Shown here in pieces: positions 41,832-52,587 of a stretch of 64,000 nt of DNA; position 1 is the stretch's first letter; each line of letters opens with the position of its first letter. The DNA is taken from NCBI GenBank assembly GCA_035938875.1, contig DASZGL010000069.1:13056-77055 (forward strand). Reading direction: 5' to 3'. The notes beneath the pieces were generated by a model. It worked only from the letters and a program-made list of their open reading frames with translations, searched no databases and was not told the DNA's origin. Both the position numbers and the translations under genes were made by a program. Source of the DNA: Candidatus Dormiibacterota bacterium (lineage in GTDB: Bacteria; Chloroflexota; Dormibacteria; Aeolococcales; Aeolococcaceae).

Positions 41832-42431
41832 ATGACAGCCGCAGAGTCCAAGACCAGCGAACCCGAGTTGCTGCGTCGCCTGCGCGCCGTTGTTGGCCCC
41901 GCGCCGGCACACAACCCCGAAGAACCGGTCCCCGGCGGAGCCGCCGCCGTTCTCGTCCTCGCCGACCCGACTGACCCCGGCTTGCCGGTGCTGTTCATGC
42001 GCCGCACCCGTCTCGTGCCGTCGCATCGCGGGCAGATCTCCTTCCCCGGTGGCGGCGTCGAGCCCGATGACCGCGGCCCCGTGGAGACGGCGCTGCGCGA
42101 GGCGCATGAGGAGATGGCCGTCGATCCCGACGCCGTCGAGGTCCTCGGTGTCCTCGATTCAGTGCTGACGGCGACCGCGGCGCGCCGCCTGACCCCCGTC
42201 GTCGCCATCGAGCGCACCCCGCTGCACCCTGTGCCGGATCCATTCGAGGTCGCCGAGTGGTTTCGCGTCGCGCTCGCCGACCTCCTCGATGCACCGCTCA
42301 CCAGCCGACCGATTCCCGGCATGCCCGGCCGCGCCCTGGTCCACTTCTACGAGGTCGACGGCCGTGTCATCTGGGGCGCGACCGCCGCGATCATCCACGA
42401 CCTGCTCGGACGGCTCCGCCGCGCTGAGTAG
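41832..42431 (+). CDS. NUDIX hydrolase (CoA pyrophosphatase-like)
   Basis: Nudix box GGGVEPDDRGPVETALREAHEEMAV preceded by HRGQISFPGG, as in NudL/CoA pyrophosphatases. Confidence 0.85.
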   Translation: MTAAESKTSEPELLRRLRAVVGPAPAHNPEEPVPGGAAAVLVLADPTDPGLPVLFMRRTRLVPSHRGQISFPGGGVEPDDRGPVETALREAHEEMAVDPDAVEVLGVLDSVLTATAARRLTPVVAIERTPLHPVPDPFEVAEWFRVALADLLDAPLTSRPIPGMPGRALVHFYEVDGRVIWGATAAIIHDLLGRLRRAE

Positions 42432-42978
42432 TCTGAGCTGCGATCGGCGCGGCAACGACGATCAGAGCAGCCAGCGAACCCAGCACAGCCAGGAGCACAA
42501 CCGGGAGCCCCTTCTCCGCGGGTGGCGCGGCCACAGCGGGATGCGTGAGCCGGCCATTGAAGGTCCCAACTCCGCCGTTGGAGTCCGAGAAGGTGCCCGA
42601 GATGGTGAGGACGTCATCCTGGTACGCGAGGGTTCCGACCGCGTGGGAGGTGTACGAGGCTCCGACCCGCGTGGCATCGGTGGTCACGGTGCTGCCCAAG
42701 ACGGTGCCGGTGACCGTCGAGTTGCTCCCACCCCCGGCCTCGGTGCCGCTCACGGCCCCGGTGGAGAAGTCCTCGGTGGTGAAGGTGATCGTCTGCGGAA
42801 AGCGTGCGCTGTCGACGACAGAGACCTCGTCCCACGAACCCCGGACGTCGAACGTGGTGCTTTCTGCGCCAACGGGAATCCGGCTGACCGCGAGCGCTGT
42901 CCCCCCGATCGACGCGGCAAGCGCGGCGCACGTGATGACCCTGCCTATCACGCGTGCGCGTGCTGACGCCCTTACCAT
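42391..42978 (-). CDS. secreted protein with C-terminal TM anchor, unknown function
   Basis: Trimmed to the ATG at 42976-42978 (MVRASARARVIGRVITCAALAASIGGTALA signal). Thr/Gly/Ser-rich beta-like body. C-terminal helix LPVVLLAVLGSLAALIVVAAPIAA. Its 3' end overlaps the NUDIX gene 3' end by 41 nt. Confidence 0.45.
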   Translation of the reverse strand: MVRASARARVIGRVITCAALAASIGGTALAVSRIPVGAESTTFDVRGSWDEVSVVDSARFPQTITFTTEDFSTGAVSGTEAGGGSNSTVTGTVLGSTVTTDATRVGASYTSHAVGTLAYQDDVLTISGTFSDSNGGVGTFNGRLTHPAVAAPPAEKGLPVVLLAVLGSLAALIVVAAPIAAQTTQRGGAVRAGRG

Positions 42979-43113
42979 GGGCGACCCCCCATCTCTGATG
43001 AACCCCTTGAGCCAGCCTACCATGGCCCGCCCCAAAACACTGCGGGCCCGGCGTCGGGAGTTACCCAAACGGTGGGTCCACAGCTAGTACGCTGCCGGAC
43101 CGGCGACGGCCAC

Positions 43114-43479
43114 TCACACCCTGAGGGTGTCGACCACGCAGAAGACGTTGCCCTCGGGGTCCTCGAGCAGGACGAAGTCGTCGTCCGCCTCCGGGGTGCG
43201 GGGATTGCGCGTCGCTCCCAGCGCGAGCAACCGTCGTACCTCGTCCTTCTGATTGTCGGAGTAGAGGTCGAGGTGGAGGCGGTTCTTGCCCACGCGCTGC
43301 TCCGGCACGAGCTGGAGGGACACGTTGACGCGTCTGCCGTCAGGATCTCGTAGCACCACCCAGCCCTCCTCGGGCGGATCCCTCGGCACATATCGAAGCG
43401 CCGCCTGCCAGAACGCCAGCATCGCGGGGAAGTCGTTGCAGTCGATGACCACCGATCCGACGTGCACGCGCGACCTCAT
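43114..43479 (-). CDS. VOC (glyoxalase/bleomycin-resistance/dioxygenase) family protein
   Basis: 121 aa. HVGSVVIDCNDFPAMLAFWQAAL...HLDLY...VLLEDPEGNVFCVV is typical of single-domain VOC proteins. Confidence 0.8.
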   Translation of the reverse strand: MRSRVHVGSVVIDCNDFPAMLAFWQAALRYVPRDPPEEGWVVLRDPDGRRVNVSLQLVPEQRVGKNRLHLDLYSDNQKDEVRRLLALGATRNPRTPEADDDFVLLEDPEGNVFCVVDTLRV

Positions 43480-43490
43480 TACCGACGGCC

Positions 43491-44144
43491 CTAGCGGTAC
43501 TTGGGATGCACCACGAAGGGGTTGTATTGCATCTCCTCACGGATGGTCGTGCGCGGGCCGTGGCCGGGGTAGATGACCGTCTCCGGCGGCAGCGCGTACA
43601 GCGTGTTCTGGATGGAGAACATCAGCGTGTCCCATGAGCCACCGGGCAGATCGGTGCGTCCGACGCTGCGCTGGAAGAGCGTGTCGCCGGCGATGAGGTC
43701 GGGGCCGATGAGGAAGCACACCGACCCGCGCGTGTGACCCGGTGTGTGCAGCACGCGGACGTCGAGGTCGTGCCAGCGCAGCGTCTCGCCCGGGGTGAGG
43801 TCGGCCTCGCAGATCACCTCGGGAAGGTCGTCGGGCACGCCGGGCAAACGCTTCACCTGGCCGAGCAGCTCGCGGTCGTCGGGGTGGATCGCCGCCTCGC
43901 AGCCGTGAGCCTCCTTCACCGCGGGGACGCCGTTGACGTGGTCGGGGTGCCCGTGGGTCAGCAGGATGCGGCTGCAGCGCAGCCCGTTCTTCTCCAGCAA
44001 CTGCAGCGTGCGCGGCGTCTGCAGTCCGGGGTCGAAAACCAGCACCTCGTCGGTGTCACGGCGGCGCAGCACGTACGAGTTCTGGTCGAACGTCTCGTCG
44101 ATGACGATGGCCAGTTCGACGAGGTCACGCAGCGTCTGGGTCAT
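43491..44144 (-). CDS. MBL-fold metallo-hydrolase (glyoxalase II-like)
   Basis: THGHPDHVNG metal motif, HTPGHTRGS and D..F..S.GR.D. Confidence 0.85.
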   Translation of the reverse strand: MTQTLRDLVELAIVIDETFDQNSYVLRRRDTDEVLVFDPGLQTPRTLQLLEKNGLRCSRILLTHGHPDHVNGVPAVKEAHGCEAAIHPDDRELLGQVKRLPGVPDDLPEVICEADLTPGETLRWHDLDVRVLHTPGHTRGSVCFLIGPDLIAGDTLFQRSVGRTDLPGGSWDTLMFSIQNTLYALPPETVIYPGHGPRTTIREEMQYNPFVVHPKYR

Positions 44145-44169
44145 CGCGATGTGTCCATGCCGATGCCGA

Positions 44170-44907
44170 TCATACGCGTCGTCCGTCGATGTACCGCCGT
44201 GCGCGCTTGGCGACGCCCTGCGTCAGCGCGCGCAGCTCGCGGCTCCGCACCATCTCGATGCCGCGCTTCACGTCGCTGGCGAATCCGCTGTGGTCCAGCT
44301 GGCGCTCGGCGACGAATGGTTGATGCACCCACTCCTTGGCGTGGTCACCCTCGCGCGTCTTGAGGAAGATTGCGCTGCGCGGCCAGAAGTCGTGGACCAA
44401 GTCCCACTCGGGCTCGGCGATCAGGAATTCCCTGAGCACCTGTCCCGTCCAGATCTGCGTGTCGTCGACGATGACCAACCCGCCGACCTTGAGCGCCGCC
44501 GCCGTGTAATGCCAGTCGATGAACGGCGCCGGAAAGCCGTGGCGTCCGTCGATGAGGACGAGGTCGAGCGCCGTCAGTTTCAGCCGGGGCAGCGCGTTTT
44601 CGGAACAGTCCACCTCGAATTGCAACCGGTCCGTCGCGATGGCTTTGCTATCGCAATACGACTTGATGAGTTCGATCGCCTCCTCGTTGGGACTCACGCA
44701 GATGTGATGCGCGCGCTTGAGCGCGAAAAGTATGGTGGTCAAGCCTTCGCCGGTCTCGATGGTCCGGGAGCCCTCGTGGACGTGACCGTCGATCACCCGG
44801 AGGACTTCGTCGCTCGCCTGCCACGTCACCCGGTTGCCGGCGCCGTCGCGATGGACCACCGGCGGGTCGGCGAGCAGCTCGGCAAGACTGGTCACGGTCG
44901 CGTCCAC
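44170..44907 (-). CDS. class I SAM-dependent methyltransferase-like protein
   Basis: IETGEGLTTILFAL (motif I-like), LVLIDGRHGFP and GGLVIVDD, as in Methyltransf_24-type proteins. The substrate is unknown. Confidence 0.65.
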   Translation of the reverse strand: MDATVTSLAELLADPPVVHRDGAGNRVTWQASDEVLRVIDGHVHEGSRTIETGEGLTTILFALKRAHHICVSPNEEAIELIKSYCDSKAIATDRLQFEVDCSENALPRLKLTALDLVLIDGRHGFPAPFIDWHYTAAALKVGGLVIVDDTQIWTGQVLREFLIAEPEWDLVHDFWPRSAIFLKTREGDHAKEWVHQPFVAERQLDHSGFASDVKRGIEMVRSRELRALTQGVAKRARRYIDGRRV

Positions 44908-44945
44908 GGGGCCGCCAGTCTAGCCTGCGATGCCGCGGCGCCGGA

Positions 44946-45818
44946 TCAGAACTGCGCCAGGGTTCCCTGCGACCGGGCCCGCTCGAAGCCGAGGCGGAAC
45001 GCCAGGATCCCCAGCGGCAGGATACCGACGGCGAACGCGGTGAGGATGAGAAACGGCTGCAGCTCCTGCCCTACCGTGTGGTGCTGGATCAGCGCGCCGC
45101 GGATACCGTTGAGCGCGTAGTAGGTGGGTAGCCCGTGGCTGATCCCCTGCATCCATCCAGGGAGCACGGTGATGGGGAACAGCGAGCCGCTGAGCAGGCT
45201 GGTGACGATGCCCCACGCAGTGCTCAATGGGTCACCGATCTTGCTCACCATGATGATCCCCGCGCTGATCAGGCCGAAGCCGGACATCACCACCACGGTG
45301 AGCAGGAAGAACACCAGAGTGGTGAGCAGGTTGGGGTCGAAGTGCACACCGATCACCGTCGCCAGGATGGCGAAGGTGATCGTCGAGGTGACCAGCGGCC
45401 AGGCGAACTCCCACAGCGTGCTGAGGAACACAAGCCGGGTCAGCGGTGATGCGGAGAGCAACCAATGCTCGATGGTGCCGAGGAACATCTCGCTGCGGAT
45501 GCTTCCCGCATACGACGCCAGGGAGACGCTGACGAAGGTCATCAGCGTTGTACCGCTGATGATGAACGCCGCAGGGTTGTCGGAGAAGACGCCCAGCGAG
45601 TTGGAGCCGACGATCTTGCTGAGGAAGTAGTAGCTCATCAGCCCGACCAGGACGTTGACGATCGACAGGCTGAAGTTGAGGCGGTAGCTGGAGTTGTGGA
45701 TGAAGCCCCGCTTGAGGAAGATGCGCGCCTGGAAGAGCAGCGTGCGCGTGGCGTGCCACAGGCTTGGGTCCTGCGGCCCCGCGGCACCCCCGCTGGCGAC
45801 GTTCCTGGCGGCGTTCAT
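44946..45818 (-). CDS. ABC-2 type transporter permease
   Basis: 290 aa, 6 TM, ABC-2 exporter topology. The ATG overlaps the ATPase stop (ATGA). Confidence 0.75.
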   Translation of the reverse strand: MNAARNVASGGAAGPQDPSLWHATRTLLFQARIFLKRGFIHNSSYRLNFSLSIVNVLVGLMSYYFLSKIVGSNSLGVFSDNPAAFIISGTTLMTFVSVSLASYAGSIRSEMFLGTIEHWLLSASPLTRLVFLSTLWEFAWPLVTSTITFAILATVIGVHFDPNLLTTLVFFLLTVVVMSGFGLISAGIIMVSKIGDPLSTAWGIVTSLLSGSLFPITVLPGWMQGISHGLPTYYALNGIRGALIQHHTVGQELQPFLILTAFAVGILPLGILAFRLGFERARSQGTLAQF

Positions 45819-46875
45819 GGGTGCATCCTCCGCCCCACCGACGCAGCCGCGTCCGGCACCATCATCGTCACAAGTTCGGGCGGTGCTTCGCCCGTAGCCT
45901 CCTCGACGAGGCGCACGAAGGCATCGCTCAGCTCGGGACGCACCACGGTGACGCCGGCGACGGGAAGGTCGCCACTCGCCGCCCAGAGCAGCAGGCCGCG
46001 CACATCCTCCTCGGGGTTGGCGGTGCGCACGCGCAGGCGCCCCTCGCCGTGCGGCGTCACCGAGAGCACGACGGGCAGGCTGCGCAGTCGCTCGGCGACG
46101 TCGTCGGAGGTGTCGAGCAGGCTGAGCTCGACCTCGATCTCGGTGGTGGCGACGTGGCGGCGGAGGACCTCGGGTTTGTCCTGGCGGATCAGCTTGCCCG
46201 CGTACATCATCCCCACCTCGTCGCAGACCTCGGTCGCCTCCTCCATGTTATGGGTCACCAACACCACCGTCTTGCCCACCGCCTTGATCTCACGGAGGAT
46301 GCCGCGGATGGTCTCGCCGCTGTGCGGATCGACGCCGCTGGTGGGCTCATCGAAGAGATAGATGGGACGATCGACGAGAAGCGCGCGGGCGACGTTCATG
46401 CGCCGCTTCATGCCGCTTGAGAATTCACCGAAGCGAAGCCGCGAGTCGGCGCTGAGCCCGACCTTGTCGAGGGCGTCGAGGACGCGCCGCCGCGACGTCG
46501 ACGCGTCGAGACCCTGCAGGGCGGCGAAGAACTCGAGGTTCTGATAACCGTTGAGCCGCCAGTAGAAACCGCGCTCACCGGCCGACGCGTTGAACGACAG
46601 GCTGAGCCGCGCCGCGCGCGCGTCGCGAACGACGTGGTGGCCCATCACCCAGGCGTCGCCCTCGGTAGGGCGCATCAGCGTCGCCAGCATCGCCACCAGC
46701 GTCGACTTGCCCGCGCCGTTGGGACCGATCAGTCCGAAGATCTGCCCCACAGGAACATGCATGTCGACGCCGTCGACGGCGAGCTTCTCGGTTCGACCGC
46801 GGCGGAAGAGCTTGCGCAGACCGCGCGCCTCGATCGCCAGCCCGGGAGTGGGTTGGATCGAGGGCGCGGACGGGC

Positions 46876-46879
<4 letters not shown>
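45815..46879 (-). CDS. ABC transporter ATP-binding protein with about 110 aa C-terminal extension (DUF4162-like)
   Basis: Walker A GPNGAGKST, signature variant FSSGMKRRM, Walker B IYLFDEPTSGVD and H-loop VTHNMEE. The GTG start overlaps the lon stop (GTGA). Confidence 0.9.
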
Positions 46880-49512
<2,633 letters not shown>

Positions 49513-49589
49513 GGGTAAGGGCTCCGAAGGTGAGGTGATCGGATCGAGGATACCCCCGCTCCGGCGAGGCAAACCGGGTCCCGCGAGGC

Positions 49590-50630
49590 TCAGCGCGGGC
49601 CCTGGCGGCCCGAGGCCAGGGGCTCGGCCACCGCCCAGTCGCGTTCGTGGGCGGCGGCGAAGTAGCCGGCGGCAGCGGCGTCGTCGACAGCCAGGGCCGC
49701 CTCGAGGTTGCTGCTCAGCCCGGCGGCGCTCCAGTTCGCCGACGACACCGTCACTCGGTGGTCGGCGACGACGCCTTTGGCGTGACCGGTGGTGCTGCGC
49801 AGGGGATCCATCACCCGCGACGCAAACGACCGCTCGTCAAGGTGGGCGGCGTCATGCGCAGCCGGCGCGGTGCCGAGCAGCAGCCGCACCACCGCGCGCC
49901 GGGTGACCGCGGCGTCGAGCGCGTCGAGCAGCGCACGCGCCTCCGCCGTCGAGGTGTGCACATAGGGGACGGTGCAGAGGACGCGCACGGTCGCTGCCTC
50001 CACCAGTTCGCTCTGCATCGCCCGCACGGCGTCGCCGCCGGTGCTGAGTCGCAGCGACGTCTCGGGCACATCGATGCGCAGTGGTGCCATCAGCGGATGG
50101 GGCACACCGACAGGCGGCGCGGTGGCCGCCGCCACCACCTCGGCGACGGCACGGGCGGGCTCGCGCCACGCGGTGTCGATGGCCGCCGACACCTCGCTCG
50201 CGATCCGCGGCGCACCGTCGACGAGCAGCCACCACTCGCGTGTTCCCGGATGCACGGCACCGTGATGTCGCGGAGGCACGGGATTGCGGGGCGCGTCGCG
50301 TCGCACCAGGTTGCCGCTGCCCACGGCGACACGATCGGAGTCGACGCGCAGCAACTTCCAGTGGGCGTCACTCCCCCGCCGTCCGCCGATCTCGCGCACA
50401 TCGACGGCGCTGCCGCGCAATCGCGCCACCGTCCCGCTGTTCGCCCCCGGATGCGCATCGAGGAGGAGGCGCACCGCCGCCCCCTTCTCGGCGGCAGTCG
50501 CGAACGACCAGGCGAAGTACAGGCTGACCTCGTGGAAGGCCGCGTCGATACGACGGCGGGCGGAGAGGACGAGCTCGGTGAGCTCACTTCCGGCGCTGTC
50601 CGGGCCGAGCGCGCAGACCAGGCTCGGCAT
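49590..50630 (-). CDS. phospholipase D-like (two HKD motifs) protein
   Basis: HWKLLRVDSDRVAVGSGN and HAKGVVADHRVTVSSANW each carry an HxKxxxxD motif. No TM segments. Trimmed to the ATG at 50628-50630. Confidence 0.75.
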   Translation of the reverse strand: MPSLVCALGPDSAGSELTELVLSARRRIDAAFHEVSLYFAWSFATAAEKGAAVRLLLDAHPGANSGTVARLRGSAVDVREIGGRRGSDAHWKLLRVDSDRVAVGSGNLVRRDAPRNPVPPRHHGAVHPGTREWWLLVDGAPRIASEVSAAIDTAWREPARAVAEVVAAATAPPVGVPHPLMAPLRIDVPETSLRLSTGGDAVRAMQSELVEAATVRVLCTVPYVHTSTAEARALLDALDAAVTRRAVVRLLLGTAPAAHDAAHLDERSFASRVMDPLRSTTGHAKGVVADHRVTVSSANWSAAGLSSNLEAALAVDDAAAAGYFAAAHERDWAVAEPLASGRQGPR

Positions 50631-50757
50631 CTCCCTCCCCCATGGGACGTTAACGGTGCGGTTATCGTGCCCGATTACGGTTTGCCCCGACGTCTGCGGG
50701 CAGCCCACCATGCCCGACGATGATCACCCGCCACTCCGGCAGACAGGAAGACAGCGC

Positions 50758-52038
50758 ATGACGGATCAGCTACCGCCGCTTCCCGGGAGCGAGCCTCAGA
50801 GCGAGCCTCCCGCCACGACTCCCTCCGCTGTCCCCCCCGCGCCCGACACGACTGTCCCCCCTGCGCCAGAGCCCTACTCGACGTCGGCGGCCGCGTGGCC
50901 GGCGGGATGGGGGACGCCACCGCCGGTGTGGCAGCCGCCGGCGCCGCGCTCGGCCGACCAGTCGCGACGGCCGGTGCTGCTCGCCGGCGCGGCGATGCTC
51001 GCCGTCGGCCTCGCCGCGGGAGCGGCGGTGACCGCGGTCTTCGCCCGTGGCGGCAACTCGAACAACGGAACCGCGGCGGTGCTGGTCGACACCTCGCCGC
51101 TGAAGAGCAGCGCCGGTGACGCAGTGCAGGTGGCCAAGACCCTCGGGCCCGCGGTGGGCACGATCATCGCCGGCCACGGCTCGCGCAGCCAGGACGCGCT
51201 GGGCAGCGGCTTCGTCATCGCCCACGACAGCAGCAAGAGCTACGTGCTCACCAACAACCACGTGGTCAGCGGAGCAATCGAGCTGCACGCCGTCTTCCCC
51301 GGCGGCCACAACCTCACCGCCACGGTCGTCGGCACCGACACCCTCGACGACCTCGCCGTCGTCAGCGTCAACGACAGCAGTCTTCCTGCGGCGGTCTTCG
51401 CGTCGTCGTCGCAGCTCCAGGTCGGCCAGGCGGTTGTCGCCATCGGCAGCCCCTTGGGTAACGAAGGCTCGGTGACGCAGGGGGTCATCAGCGCGCTGCA
51501 CCGCACCATCAGCGCGGGATCGCAGGGATCGTCACAGTCGGAGGTGCTGCAGGACGTGTTGCAGACCGATGCATCGATCAACCCGGGCAACAGCGGTGGT
51601 CCGCTCGCCGACACCTCGGGCCGCGTCATCGGCGTCAACGTCGCCATCGCCGGCAGCGCCAACAACATCGGCTTCAGCATCCCCAGCGACATCGCCCAGT
51701 CGGTGGCGCAAGAGCTCATCAATCATCAGAAGGTGGGCCATCCCTTCCTCGGCATCAACTACGAGACGGCGATCGACGCCACCGAATCAGGACACGGCTT
51801 CGACGGAATCGGCGTGCTGGTCACGACGGTGAGCAGCGGCAGCCCGGCGGACAAGGCCGGCTTCAAGGTTGACGACATCCTGCAGGCGGTCGACGGTGTC
51901 GCCATCGACAACGGCCAGACGCTCGGGGGTCTCATCCAGAAGCACCACGTCGGCGACACGGTGAAGTTCACCGTCAAGCGCGGCGGATCGACTCAGGATC
52001 TGACCGCCACCCTCGTCGACCGTCCCACCAACCTCTAG
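50758..52038 (+). CDS. htrA: HtrA/DegP-family serine protease with PDZ domain
   Basis: Pro-rich N-terminus, a TM helix, and the catalytic triad context TNNHVV (H), DLAVV (D) and GNSGGPL (S). C-terminal PDZ (GSPADKAGFKVDDIL). Start is ATG 50758 or 50710. Confidence 0.85.
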   Translation: MTDQLPPLPGSEPQSEPPATTPSAVPPAPDTTVPPAPEPYSTSAAAWPAGWGTPPPVWQPPAPRSADQSRRPVLLAGAAMLAVGLAAGAAVTAVFARGGNSNNGTAAVLVDTSPLKSSAGDAVQVAKTLGPAVGTIIAGHGSRSQDALGSGFVIAHDSSKSYVLTNNHVVSGAIELHAVFPGGHNLTATVVGTDTLDDLAVVSVNDSSLPAAVFASSSQLQVGQAVVAIGSPLGNEGSVTQGVISALHRTISAGSQGSSQSEVLQDVLQTDASINPGNSGGPLADTSGRVIGVNVAIAGSANNIGFSIPSDIAQSVAQELINHQKVGHPFLGINYETAIDATESGHGFDGIGVLVTTVSSGSPADKAGFKVDDILQAVDGVAIDNGQTLGGLIQKHHVGDTVKFTVKRGGSTQDLTATLVDRPTNL

Positions 52039-52046
52039 CGGCGTCG

Positions 52047-52538
52047 TCAGCTGGCCGCTTCGGGGGCCGCGCCCTTGGGCACGGCTGCGTGCAGCTTGTC
52101 GAGCATGGCCTCGAGTGCTTCGTCCTGCGCCTGCAGGTGCTTCTGCAGCTCGATGCACTCGTGAAGGATCGCCTCCGCGTCCTGGTACGTCTGGTCGCTG
52201 CGCTTGTCAGCCGCGGCGCCGAGGATCGCCTGGCCAACCATGATGATGGAAAGCATCACCAGTTGGATGAACGTCTGAGACACCCACTGGACATACTGCT
52301 GCCCAGTGACTCCGCTCGATGAGTAGCTCACCGAGGACAAGGAGACGTTGAGGCCGGGGAATCCGAGGATGGCCAAGACCGCGAAGATGTAGGCGCAAAC
52401 CATGGTGCCGACACTCTTGGTCAGCAACACGGCGAGCCGGCCGTTGAACCCCGGGGGATGGACATCCGACCGGTGTACAGGCGGGTGCTGATTGCGACGG
52501 GCGATGTGGGGATGCGGCACGTGTTGGTAAAGGGTCAT
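52047..52538 (-). CDS. small membrane protein (possibly DUF1003-like)
   Basis: Two TM helices followed by a charged helical tail (DKRSDQTYQDAEAILHECIELQKHLQAQDE). His/Pro-rich N-terminus. The family assignment is tentative. Confidence 0.45.
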   Translation of the reverse strand: MTLYQHVPHPHIARRNQHPPVHRSDVHPPGFNGRLAVLLTKSVGTMVCAYIFAVLAILGFPGLNVSLSSVSYSSSGVTGQQYVQWVSQTFIQLVMLSIIMVGQAILGAAADKRSDQTYQDAEAILHECIELQKHLQAQDEALEAMLDKLHAAVPKGAAPEAAS

Positions 52539-52587
52539 ACGCGCAGGGTACGTGCTTTCGCCTGTCCCGCCAACCCCGTTTGACGCC

